Shown one piece after another: positions 50,500-62,717 of a stretch of 64,000 nt of DNA; the stretch's first letter is position 1; the number at the start of each line of letters is the position of its first letter. Both the position numbers and the translations under genes were made by a program. The DNA comes from Strigamia acuminata (Eukaryota). The notes beneath the pieces were generated by a model. That model made no database searches. It saw only the letters and a program-made list of their open reading frames with translations, and was not told the origin of the DNA. The stretch covers positions 13,888,001 to 13,952,000 of the forward strand of contig OX442314.1 of assembly GCA_949358305.1 (NCBI GenBank). Direction: 5' to 3'.

Positions 50500-50992
50500 A
50501 TCGCCCCACTTCATTATCGGGGCATTAAATTTTTTCAAAATGAACTACGACATAGATTGTTACTATTTTCCCATCCTACAAAATTCATCACTTAGGGGAA
50601 TTACAATAGCTACAAACCTCCATTTTTGGGAGTTTTGGCTGGTTTTTGAAGAATTTTGGATGGCTTTTGTAGATTTTGAGTGATTTTTATGAGGTTTTTG
50701 TAGATTTTGAGTGATTTTTGTGAGGTTTTTGTAGATTTTGAGTGATTTTTTGTGAGGTTTTTGTAGATTTTGAGTGATTTTTGTGAGGTTTTTGTAGATT
50801 TTGAGTGATTTTTGTGAGGTTTTTGTGAAGATTTTAGAGGATTTTGTAGCTTTTGCAAGCCTGCGGTCTATTGCAACCAATTACAGGCAGTAAGTTGGAA
50901 TTGGAATTGGCAAAAATTGAAGAAGAAAAATCTGGGAACGAAAATTTTGGGCGACAAAAATCAGCTCGCTCTCCACAGTTTGAGAAACGCTG
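50500..50992. mobile_element. hAT/Charlie-like MITE (copy 2, left end missing) with internal minisatellite
   Basis: Shares sequence with 16244-16618 (e.g. TTTTCCCATCCT..AATTCATCACTT, ATAGCTACAAACCTC, CAGGCAGTAAGTT.GAATTGGAATTG). Ends CAGTTTGAGAAACGCTG followed by GTCTAGGA, which resembles the Charlie NTCTAGAN target. Confidence 0.8.
50665..50820. repeat. 31-bp tandem repeat, about 5 copies (TTTTGTAGATTTTGAGTGATTTTTGTGAGGT)
   Basis: Near-identical units are directly visible. They generate the repetitive minus-strand ORFs 50563..50880 and 50610..50858. Confidence 0.92.
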
Positions 50993-52060
50993 GTCTAGGA
51001 CATTGGATTACATCGAGAGATTTGTTGGGGGCGATCCTGACTAAATTAAGAAATTTTCTCGGTCTACGTGTGCGAAATTAGTATTTTTATTACTTTTTGA
51101 TGACTACGTAGTATCTTATACAGGCAGACCAATCAGTTTAAATTATTCACGCAAAGAATTCCTAAGAAATTGGAAAGTGATGGCAAAGTTGCTTCAGGCT
51201 TGGCAGCTTAGCGCGTGAGGATGTTAAATATCTTTTTGCATCTGTGACTAGGGCGTAAAGCAGCTTTATTGAGATAGATAAATAAATAAATAATACAATT
51301 GCATGGAAGCGAGGAAATATTTGTTGAAATAAAAGTGCAAAAGTGGAAAGTCAGCAAACTAAAAAGAAAAATCCAATATTTAATGAGAGAATCGGCAACG
51401 TGCACAATAACATGACAAATGCAAATTGTTTCAGTTGACTCTACATTACTTTGCGATTTCGTGTTGAGCAATCAATCGCATTGCAGTTTCCCCACACTCG
51501 TGCCAAACGATTTCTGCAAACTAAAATGGCGGGACAAATAGGAGGGATAAATAAGAAGGGTTGACTTATGGTCATTCTGGAGCAGGTCATAAAAATCAGT
51601 GCAGATAAAGTGAGTTTCTCATTAAAAAAAGCAGGTATAAGGTCGCGCACTGTTGATCAGAACGCAGTTAAGTTGGTGACCTGGCGTCATGGGAGCAGGA
51701 CTTTATCTCTTCTCAGAAAGGTCGGGAAAGAGTCAGTCAACCATTCATCTACCCCTCCTCACAGGGGTGAAAAGGAAAGTAAAGTAGGCGAGAAACCAGC
51801 CTCCAAACTCTCGTTTCCCACCTTTTCGTCTTATCGTGTCGCGAATGGACATGATACCGACTGGATCAATAGACAAACCATTTGTCATCTTATATCTACC
51901 CTGCGGATGTCTTGCGAAATGAGTGCAAATAATATTATTTTGCTTGATGGTATTTTTTTTGTGTAAATAGTTGAGGGAGGGGTAGAAAAATTAATCTGGT
52001 TTATTTATTTTTTTTAAAAGCTTAACTCAATTTTGTTTTTAAATTTATTTATTTATCTAG

Positions 52061-52198
52061 GTGAGGATGATGGAGCAGAAGCTGTCCGAGACGAAGTGGA
52101 CTCCGACAGAGACGCACGACCGCTATCATCATCTTCAAAACACAGTGAAAGAGAAGGAACGTCTCATAAACCAGCTGGAAACCCAAGTGGAAGAACAG
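52061..52198 (+). CDS. PLEKHH: PLEKHH homologue coding exon (VRMMEQKLSETKWTPTETHDRYHHLQNTVKEKERLINQLETQVEEQ)
   Basis: Acceptor atttatctAG, donor CAG|GTAAAA, 138 nt, phase 0-0. Coiled-coil sequence similar to recalled PLEKHH1 'VGVMEEK...KDELISQLEAQLEKQ'. Confidence 0.9.
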
Positions 52199-52475
52199 GT
52201 AAAAATGCTGGATTGTGTTGAAGGGGGTAGGAAAAATCCCTAGTTGTTCATTGCCCCTTTAGAATAAAACCCATTCTAAATGGCGAACACGCAACCATGT
52301 GCGCAATATAAGCTTTGGGACACTGCTTTTTTTTCTTTTCGTTTTTCTTCTTTGGTTTGCGTGATGATGGTAAAAAAATGAAGAAGAAAAAATAGAAAAA
52401 TAAATTGCAGAGCAAAAGTCGGATAAGTTTTTTTTCGGCATATTTAGAACGGTGGGGAATTGGGGAGATTGGAAT

Positions 52476-52700
52476 GAGGGGGTAGCCAATAGCAAAATCA
52501 CATAAGAGATTTTGAAATCATGTTAAATTTTGACGATTTCAGGATTTCAGATGGATTTCTTAAAAGGTTTTGCTTGATTTTGGTTCAATTTCTCAGACAA
52601 TTTGTAAGATTTCATGGATTTCTAGGTCTTCATGATATTTTATAGATTTTGAAATAAAAATTTTTGAACCGTACGAGATTTCCAGTTTGACTACCCTCTC
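52476..52700. mobile_element. Degenerate MITE with GGGGGTAGYCAA-type TIRs
   Basis: GAGGGGGTAGCCAA ... TTGACTACCCTCTC, with an interior rich in GATTT(C) repeats. No clear TSD. Confidence 0.5.
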
Positions 52701-52748
52701 GGATTGGAAAGACACGAAATTGTTATATTAAAATGTAAGAATCTGCTA

Positions 52749-52911
52749 CAGTCGAGCCTCGTTATAACGAATCGCAAGGGACCCGAGAAATCGAATAACG
52801 AAAATTAGTTATATCAGAATTTTTAAACATCCAACCAAACAAACCATTTTTAACTATTCGTTATAATGATAAATCCGCTATATCGCGGTTCGTTATAACG
52901 AGGTTTGAGTG
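52749..52911. mobile_element. pogo/Tigger-like MITE (163 bp)
   Basis: TA|CAGTCGAGCCTCGTTATAACGAA ... TTCGTTATAACGAGGTTTGAGTG|TA, i.e. CAGT-type TIRs with a TA TSD. Confidence 0.85.
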
Positions 52912-54085
52912 TATTAAGAAAATATATTTTAATAATAATGCGAAAATTCGTGCTGTGTAAAAAGAAAAAGATGGGAAAACATTTTTACTTTTTTTTTTAG
53001 TTCCATGCACTATGCTTTTATAAATTATTTACATAAAAATATAAACAGTTATTCATAATTCATAACTCAAAAGAAAAATTGAATTATATACATTTTGTAC
53101 ATCTGGAATGGTTAATGGAATCTGGAACAGACTCAACTGTAAGCCTATTAATATATGTTTGCAGTGAGCATTAATGAGCAAACATTAATGCACCTGCAGC
53201 ACAACTTTAGGCTACACCTATGGGATCCTGTACTTGCAGTATCATTTTTAATTTAAAAGCCCAGAGATTTAAAAGTTAAATCAAGGGTTACTTCCCAAAT
53301 GCATATTTAACACAACAATCTTAAATTATTCATCTTTTTTTTAAATAGGACAACACAAATAATAAAAATAAAAATTTCTATTTTCGTTTTCCATTTGGTT
53401 TTATCTTACGGTGGCTGACATGAATATAGTGCAATGTGTTGTGGAGAGTGATGCTTGACAATGTGACATTGGCCTTACTTACTTGTGGTCTTATCAGCAA
53501 GAGACCAGACTCACGGCACTCCATCTATGCATCGTTCATCATTGGAAAAGTTGGGTTAAAAAAAAAAGAGCGCAGGGGGAAAAAATAGCCGAATGTTTAC
53601 TGGGTGCCAATGGGAATTGAAATCCCTGAATCCGACTTTGGTAACGGTAAAAACGGAAAAGGCCACATTTCACATCCCTCTTGCCTTTTTTCCACTTCTT
53701 TGAAGATTGTGGAGTCAATCGTGAATGAGAGCTATTCAATGTGGCCACCAAGGGGCCTCTTCTCACTCTTCTGCCAAACACTTCGCTCCTACCACTACAT
53801 CTTTTTAACGTCTTTATCAGAGCAAATATCTCTTATTTTATTCTTTGAAAAATAGCAAAACCTTGACAATTGATTTGTTGAAAAGTCGCATTAATTATTG
53901 CCGCCTTGTAATTAAGCATCTTGTTTGTTATCATTTATTAGGTGCCTAGTTGGCCATAAATCAAGCATCTTTATGAATATTTATGAATTTTATATATTTT
54001 TTCAATACCATATTTTAACCTCATGAACGACGAACGTACGCTTCGTTCGTGACGTTCAGACTTCGTTTGTTCCATTAAACAAACG

Positions 54086-54156
54086 TAACAAACGAAAAAC
54101 CGAAATTGTAATTGCTGACAAAAATGGCAGTTTTGAATAATCGATAAAATACGGTA
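54086..54156 (-). repeat. Dispersed repeat, inverted copy of 5627-5713
   Basis: Same sequence as 5627-5713 on the opposite strand. Ends ...ATAAAATACGG|TA. Confidence 0.8.
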
Positions 54157-55511
54157 TTTCTGTTTGTCATCTTACTCATCTACTCGTGATCAAAAGTTAG
54201 TGAGCTGAGAAAGCCATGTTTTGCCGCGACAAATTTTGACAGGTCGTGATAAATTCAGGAAGGTGTAATCCTCCTAAAGGTTTTCAGCACTCTTGATATA
54301 CGGCGTTGAAATGATAATTTAAAGTATGCTTCAAAGAAAATACATGCATCAATTATTAACTTTCAACTTTGCATCGTAAAGACGAAGGTGTTGGAGCGCT
54401 CGCAAAGAACAAGCAGTAATGAAGTTGACACTCTTTGCCAAAGTGCAGTAATCAAGTTGTATGGGACTGTTTACTTCGTGGAATCACTAAAGGACCTCTT
54501 AAGACTAAAAGTTCCTACTTCTTGATTCATGATCTGCAGCTACAAAGGTTGGTGCCAGCCTTTCATTAGTGCCAATGTACGTGCAGGCTTTTTTATCAAA
54601 GGTTAGAAAGAAACTTCTCTTATCCCTTCATCTCTTTAAGTTCATTCGTGATGGCAGTGATTAGGCAGTTGGAGTTCGAGAAGGGCAAATGTTGTGCTTG
54701 CCAGATGCAGTTGAGGCTGTTGTTTGCTTTTCTGTTAATGTGGAATTTACACATTCACACTTGGACTCTCGCACACAATACTCGTACGGGTATTTATAGT
54801 TATGTTATATGTATTTGTGCGTGTCGTAATTTCATTTGCAAGTGATAAGCTGCAGTTGCTCTGTGTTGCTAATTAAGAGTGATAGCTATGAAGTCGGTGT
54901 CTGGTGTAGCATTTCATTTAGAGAATTTGTCATTGGGGATTTGTCCAGATCATATTTCATGCCGGATTCGGTTGACGGTAAGTGGGAATTGCATTGTGTT
55001 GGAACGTTGCGAGGCTTCATTAGAAGTGCATTGCTTGGCTATTCTCAAGATGGTCAAAGAAAGTTGATTGCATGGAGAAGGGAATCGATTATCTCGTTGC
55101 TCGTGCTTTCGTTCGCGTTTATGTTTTATCCACTCACTCTGAGTAGACTATATCAACTTACACTTTCTTCTTATTTAGTTTCGGGAAAGAAGTGGATTGG
55201 GTAGTTTAGTCTGGTGTTTCTATGGCCACTGCCATTTTAAGGGTAATCCTTTGGCCTTTAGGTGTGGAAGTAAGCTTTTAAGGAGTTGGATGAGGTGGTT
55301 TTAATGAATCTTAAAGATTTTAGTGGGTGATCTGGAAAGAGTATAATGAGTCAGATGTTTCAGTTTTAAGTGTAAAAAGCTTAAATTACAAAATTAAGTG
55401 GTGGATTTTATAACTAAAAAAGTTTCGGATGAATTGCTGTCTAACTTACAAGTTACAAAGTAGATATTGCTCTCAATTTTGCATCTGGTTTTGATTTCAC
55501 GTCCGTCTTTC

Positions 55512-56069
55512 CCCATATGGTTCAAGAATATATTTTACAATATATTGCTTTTAATTTAATGTATTCTAAAATGTATAGCATTTTGCGAAATTAAGTATAG
55601 TTTTTGTACATTAAATAATGTATTTCATAATACAATTGAAAAAATGCATTTTGAAAATGCATTCATATACTCCAAACCAATACAACGTTGATCTAACTCC
55701 AATTGGTTGAGTTGTATCACTGGTGTAGTGGCATAAATAAATATTTTATTACCAAATAAGTAAAATTCATCATTCTAATCACTTTTTACACTGAAATTAA
55801 TTGAAAATAAACAGAACTACTTTTCCGCGTAGTAGAGCACAGTCCACAGTTAGGCGTAATCCGGCTCAACCAATTGGAGTTAGGTCAACGTTGTATAGGT
55901 TTGGAGTAAATTTGACAAATAACAATATTGGGAATGCATTTCATAATACATTTTACAAAATGTATTATCATTTACTAACCGATAACACACAAAAATGCAT
56001 TCTCGTCAAACCAAATGCATTTCAAAATACATTCTAAAAAAGGTTTAATGTATTTTTTAACCATATGGG
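55512..56069. mobile_element. Palindromic MITE (CCCATATGGTT termini) with an inner inverted-repeat unit at 55668-55908
   Basis: CCCATATGGTT..AATA / TATTTTTTAACCATATGGG termini. Inner ~44-bp IR TACTCCAAACC..TACAACGTTGA.CTAACTCCAATTGGTTGAG with its reverse complement at 55865-55908. Confidence 0.75.
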
Positions 56070-58676
56070 CCAGTATAAAGGTAAGAAGGGCTAAAAGTGT
56101 GTTGGCAATATTGTTTGACGTGCACAGCGAAGTCGAGTTTCTCATGCTGCAGTTTTTATGTGTGTTTGTGAAATGAAAGAATTGATGAAGTTTGAAAGTG
56201 TGTGTTGAAAAAAATTAATAGTTTGAAAAGGAAAGGAAAAGACATTATTCTTTCTGCTTTGAAAGTTGATTGCTACTTGATTGGCAACAAGTTCATTCTT
56301 ATGAGTGTGTTTGAACTCGATTGAGTTTAGTGTTTTTGCCTCACCCCGCGTTTGGTTGGCGAAGTAACATTGGAAAACGCTTTTCTTGTTATTTTCTTTG
56401 ACTGCCACGAAGAAAACAAGATTGGGAATTTTCAGAGCTCTTTTTATGTGAGCTGGAGAAACAAATGTTCCAGCTGCCTGTTGTACTTATCTGCCTTATT
56501 GAGTCGAGAGGAAAATAGTAAAAAAATATAAAAAAGGAAAAAAAGAAGGAAAGTGTAGAAGAAAATCGCATGAGAATATGAAAAGGATATGAATGGGTTT
56601 GTCCAATGTTGTTTGAAGCCAGATAGTAATGCTTGAAGATGATGGCTGGAAGGGACCATAAATTCAATTATTCCGAGCTCATTTCGCATTTTACAACATT
56701 ACAAAGAAAAAGTCCTCGTATCTGTCGCACTTAATATCGTACAACGATATTTATCTTGCTGCAACTTTTCAAAAAGCTAAATCAATTTGGTTAAGTTGAG
56801 CGCTAAAAAGACGCTGTGAACTGATTGGATTAATAAACTCCACGTTTGTTTTTTTAATTTAAAAAGTTTGCTTTTGAGTTTTCCTTTTTTTCTCCTTCAT
56901 AAATTTGTTGATTAAGCCCAACTTTTCTCACAAATCACCTGCCGAGTCAGTTGATGGAAATTGGACAGGTCAAAAAATTACCCAGCGCCATTCGCGTGCG
57001 CCAGCTTGGCTCTTCAAGCAGCCATCTTTGGAATAATGCATAGATTCAATCTCTATTTTTTTTTTCTATTTTTTTTTCCTTTTGTGATGAATATCTACTC
57101 AAGAGAGAGTGGACAGAGCGGTCATTGTTCCCTAAATGACCCGGTTGAAAATCCATGGATCTCACATCAAGATGAGTTTGGCACCTCGAACCAAACTAGT
57201 GAAGATGAAATTGAATTTTAAGCCTCAATGATTTCCACCCACACACCTATCAAATAGACAGGTGATCAGCAGAAAAACGATGTTGGATGTGGAAAAGCGT
57301 GAAGAGTGTGGAGCAATGACGAGAGGGGAAGTGGGAGGGAAAGCTTATTGCATATATTTGAAGTGCTGACACGCTGTTTGAGATTGCTTTTGCTCCAACA
57401 GCTGCTAACAAATTTGGCCAAATAGTGCCCGCATGGCTTAAAATGTTCATTTTTCTCACGTGAGGCTTCGAAAAATCCCAAGTGTATTTCTCCTTGAACG
57501 ACATCTGGCCCAAAAGTTTTCCATTTTGTCTTGCTCGGCATTGCCCGTGTCAGCTAGCTGGTGAAAAATGAGTCCAGTAGGAGATTGCATTGACTAAAAT
57601 GATCACTTTTATATCATTTTCGGACAGTTTACACTATTCACCACACTCGTGGATTATCTACGCTTGTGTACAGCTCGTCGGTGATTTTTCTTCGCTTGTT
57701 TTTGGTTTTAAAGCCATTGAATTACATTTAAAATGCAGCGAACACATTGTTTATTGATCAATAACTGCGATACGACTGAATAATGGAATATGAGATAACG
57801 AGAAATATAAATTCCAAAAAAAAGACAAATAATTTTATAAATAAATAAACCACTGTATTGTCATGTGGCGAGGGAAAAAATAACAACAAAATAAAACACA
57901 AAATTTTTTTTTAATTTAATTTAAAGTGATGGAATTCCACGATAGAATGTTTTATTTGAAATATAAAGTTTTACACGCGTTACTGTGTAAGTGTCAATAT
58001 TAATGCAATAAATCAATATATACTGTAACTATAAAGTATAAAACCTTTTGTAAGTGGATTTTGTACTCATTCTTCGTCTTCCGCAAATATTGGAGAGTGG
58101 TCAGTTATATGCAAAATTTGATTTATGAACGGAGACAGGTGGCAACAGCTGCTCCTGACATACACTCTTTCAATATGCACCACCCACACGAGTTGTGAAA
58201 TTTTAACCAGTAATTGATTTCTCCATCATGAGCCTGCAAACGTTGGGAAATGCTATATTCGATAACAATTTTCTGTCTCTGGCTTTTTTTATATCTGTTT
58301 TATTCATTTTTCTTCTTTTAAAGTCAATTTTGTCATTTTTTTTCTTTGAAAGCCAATATTGTCTCTTTTTTTGTCTTTTTTTTTAAACTTCCTTTTCGGT
58401 TTTTAATTAAAAAGATATAAATTGTTGACAACAAAATGTTGTGCCACTGAATAAGTTAATCAAGTGAGACATAAGAAAGGAATGTGGGTTTTCTAAGGGT
58501 TATTGGACATTCCAATGTAAGAAACGTCGTGTGTGCATTGAAATGATGCTTATGAAGATGGATGATTGGGAATGTGTGGTGCAGTTATTGAGTTGTGAGC
58601 GTGTGTTTGTTTTGAAATGCTGTCGTTGCACGTAAGAAATGCAAATCTAAGAAATTTATCTTGTGTCATTTTCCAG

Positions 58677-58760
58677 AAGCAGATGCGGCTTGAAGATGCC
58701 AAACAAGTGGAGGCGAAAGCGGCTCGGATCAAAGAGTGGGTGGCGAACAAACTCAAAGAG
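58677..58760 (+). CDS. PLEKHH: PLEKHH homologue coding exon (KQMRLEDAKQVEAKAARIKEWVANKLKE)
   Basis: Acceptor ttttccAG, donor GAG|GTGACT, 84 nt, phase 0-0. Contains the family motif K-A-A-[RK]-I-K-E-W-V. Confidence 0.93.
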
Positions 58761-58828
58761 GTGACTTGAATTTATTGCAAATTAAATACTCTGACATTTC
58801 GTATGATTGATTTTTACTTTAAATATAG

Positions 58829-58960
58829 CTGGAGGATCAGAATTTAACTCTCCGAGAGCAAAATCAGAAGTGCAATGAACAATTGGAGCTGTTGGCTAAA
58901 CGTTGTACTCAATTTCAAACGCAGAAAATTGGAAATGAAAGACAGAGAACGAGCACTGAG
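58829..58960 (+). CDS. PLEKHH: PLEKHH homologue coding exon (LEDQNLTLREQNQKCNEQLELLAKRCTQFQTQKIGNERQRTSTE)
   Basis: Follows a 68-nt GT-AG intron (58761-58828). Open in phase 0 and continues the coiled coil. Donor GAG|GTATAA; the exact 3' end is less certain. Confidence 0.85.
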
Positions 58961-61900
58961 GTATAAAAAAAAAATTGGGTGGGGAAGAAAAAACACTTTT
59001 ATTTTTATTCTTTTTATATATTTTTTTTGTGTATTTGAAAAGGACACAAAGAGTCTTTTTTCACTATTCATCTTCCTCTTTTGATGCCTTCAAACTGTTT
59101 TTTTCTTCTCCTTTTTTTTTCTTTAAATGGAAGAAAATTTTGATACGTATTGGCATTTCCATTAGCTAAAGAACGAAGTTAAAGTTACTTTTATTTTACA
59201 TTCAATTTTAACGTGTCAATCACATTTGCATAAATTTCTTCACTTTTGTTTCAGTCGATGGGAAATGAAAAATTAAACTGCCTTCAAATGGGGGCTAAAA
59301 ATTTATATTTTATTATACAAATTCTGTTTCATTTCCTTTTTAAACACACTTATTTTTTTGTCTTATTTCTTATTATTCCACCGAGTTATTTATTTATTTT
59401 TATTTATTTTCCCAAAAAATGCAAAAATATATGTTGGTGGTTGAAATATTTCATCCATTTCCTTCGGACCTCGTCACCTTTTCCTTTCTCCCCAAGATGC
59501 GCCGTCACGTGTGCATGTCGTGCCCGGTGTTGTCGTGGTGGAGATTCGGTTTCCTCGACCGGGGAACTTCTGCACAAACACGAAGCGCGTGCCCGAGCAC
59601 GCAGTTTACGGGTCGCGTGCCTGCCTGTCTTGCTTTTGCTATTGCTTTTTTTGCACATTTTCCTTCCTCAAGCAGTCGGATGAAATATTTACAAGAAAGC
59701 CTTGTAGTTGTATTGAGCTGCCACCAGTTGAGAATAAATGGCCGAAGCCTTGTCAAGTTGTACGTGTTATATAATGCAAAACTGTTGGGTTTTTGATAGC
59801 CATTTATTTTGCGAATGTTGAAGTTATGGGTTTTCTTTTGGCAGCAATTAAAGGGCGGACAGATGGAGACGAATTCCCAAACTAAGGTAGGGTTGAGTGC
59901 ATATACATTTGTTTGATGAATGTTTGTTGTTGTATTCTTGAGCATCGTCTTTCTCGTGTGTTTATCATTTTGACAGCATCTGAAATGATGAGAAGATGAA
60001 AATGCGGTTTGTGAAGGCGTGGGAAAGGAGGCAAATTGATGTAATTTGTGCAGAATATAATGGAGAGTAAGAAGTGGTACAAGATGAGGTAGATGTGACT
60101 ATTGCCCACTATGGCACAGGGTAGAGGGAAGCGCGGCATTAAATTTTCATTCTTTCCTTTTTGGTGAAGGAATTTCAGCAGAACTCTCTGTTCATTGATC
60201 TTTTCTTCAAATAGAAGGAAAGCGAGCGAGTGCAGTTGATGTGCTTGACTTGAGAGCAAATTCCAACTCCCATGTTACTTGGTTGCTCCGAAATATTCTG
60301 GGCCTAAATTTATTTCTTACACTGACAAGAAAAGTCGACATTCCCACGAGTGTAGAGGTAATAGCATCCATCAAAACGAATATCCAATCCTGTGTTTAAA
60401 AAAAATAAAAATGGGTTTTCCGTGCCGAAAAAATTACATTCATTTCAAATTACTTTTTAAAGTTCCTGGCCTAAGCCCACTGGGTTGAGTTATTTTACTA
60501 AGTTTTGCTAAGTTATCCTACAAAGTAAAACAAACCTCAACTTGAAAGTTGGGAGCACGTTAGGTTTTTAGACACACGCATCAAACATTTTATTTTAATT
60601 ATTACATTCTGTTCAATTTTCAATAAGTCAGTTGCGAATGAAACTTTTAATTTGACGATCGAATACGCACTTCGGTAACTTTGGATAATTTCCAAAATGG
60701 CCGCCAATCTAACTGAAAATAGAAACAACTGCGCATGCATAATGCATAAGTCGGTTTTATAAAGATGAGGAGGTCAATTGGTGCCTTGTGTTTAAGTATT
60801 TTCTGAAGTTTGTTTTAAATGAGTTAAGAGGAAGGTCAGCAAAACGTTTTAGGTTTACCAACATGGTTCAAAAATACATTGAAATTATATCGCATTGGAT
60901 TTTGCGAGAATATATTTTGTTATATATTTTTTGCATGCTATTGGTTTGCAAATGATAAAGCTTTCTGTAAAATGTATAATGAAATGCGTTACCAATACTA
61001 TTAATTGATATCGTATTGATATGTATGACATCAATATTGCTATCCTATTTTTGCGGCATTCTTTAATATTATTGTCACAAGTCACCACAAGACAAGATGA
61101 GACGAGACGAAATTTTCGTCGTTTCCGCCTTCTGTAAGGCATTTAAGGAAAATTGTCGGAGAGATATAAAACTCTGCATTACGTAAAATACCGTGGTGTC
61201 ATTTTTTATTATTTGATTGCAAAAAGGCTTTACATGTATAGGAAGATTAAAATTATATTTCGTGACGTTTATTCTCGGAGCAGGCACATTAGATCGATGC
61301 GAAATTGGCATGAATGAGTCACGAGTTTTAATACACAACATCAAGGGCGGGGGATTCTCTGCATGGAACATCACATTGATCTACCCTCGCTTCAATAAAT
61401 AGAGCGGTCCGGTGTTTGCGAGTAAAGTGAAGTTAAGAAGGAATTCTTGTTTGCAATGCATAGATAATTAGTTCGTAGCTGCTCCTGGGATTTGGCAAAG
61501 CTTCTCTGTATGGATTCAGTTTGAAACCAACCGGGGGAAAAAAAGCTGCGGGATTGGCGATACCTTCGGATGCGGATCACCATTTATTTCTAACCGAAAG
61601 CTTTGACAGTTTGGACAGAGTATTAGTTAATTCAATTTAAACCCAAACTCTTTATTCGTGTTATTCGCTGACCTCGCCAAAGGTGTGATATGTACTAATT
61701 CTCACATGCTTAGGCTGTTTGATAACACTACTTAGAGGGATCGTGGCCCCTTTAGGTAGTCATTACAACTGCTTAGTGCAGATGAAAAGAGTGTGCAGTG
61801 CACAAAACACACGACACGAGCTCTGGTGATGACGGCAAGGTCGAAAAGATTCGTTTTCTTCATTTTGATTTCAATTAAATCTCTCTTTTCTTTTTTCTGC

Positions 61901-62717
61901 GTGTTTTTCCAAGCTAAAAATAGTTTGTGAACCCTAAGGTTTATTCCATTTTCAGATTGCTTTTAAGCTTTGCTAGGAGATGATTAAGCGCCATTAATTT
62001 TGCATTACAATTGTTGAAAGCCTGCAGGAACTCGAAGATGCACGTTCAACTAATTAAAAATCGCTTACATATGGCTGCGCGCATTTGTTTGCTGGTAAAA
62101 ATGTTGGTTTTGCGTTTATAACGAAGAGCTTGTGGCGAAATATGAAAAATTTAATTCTTATAATTTAAGAAAACAACAATTCTCATTTGGGCGTGTACTC
62201 TTCTTAAAGCGATATAGTTAATGAGGTGTGGGGAGTGGGAGTTTCCTATCGATTTACGAAGACGCGGCTAAACTGCAATGAGTGTAAAATCCCATGCGAA
62301 ATTCCTAGAAGCATGACTTTTTGGCACACGTGACGGGTTTATATTGGCCGCTCCCTTCCTCGACTGCTGTGGGTGCTCTTAACACACAAACCCAAACGCC
62401 ATCGCTCCTAAACTCCTCTATTCCCTTCTCCACCTTCTCTGCCTATTCCCCCCTCTGGCCTCGAGCCGACTGCTCCAAAACAACCGATGAGTCATTGGAG
62501 AGACCCAGACAGCGTCTGCGCCGCTTCGATTGCATGCGATAAAATATGGCGACGTGTTGTGTCGGGTCGAGCAATTGCACAAGTCGTGGCCGCCTAATTG
62601 CGATTTTGTAATTCGGACGAGATAATAATTGAATTATTTTGTATGTTTGTTCGTTTTGTTTTTGTTTGTAATGAATTTGGTGTTTATTTAATTAATGTAT
62701 CGATTAATTTATTTCAG

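Noticed and set aside
50665..50820. CRISPR-like array (repeat length about 30 bp)
   Set aside because: Units are contiguous with no unique spacers, there are no cas genes, and the context is eukaryotic.
50563..50880. Repetitive K/T/S-rich ORFs
   Set aside because: Translations of a 31-bp (not a multiple of 3) tandem repeat inside a MITE.
62598..62717. N-terminal part of the 331-aa ORF as coding sequence
   Set aside because: T-rich intron-like sequence ending in a canonical acceptor at 62717. The ORF tail after 63539 is likewise intron read-through.
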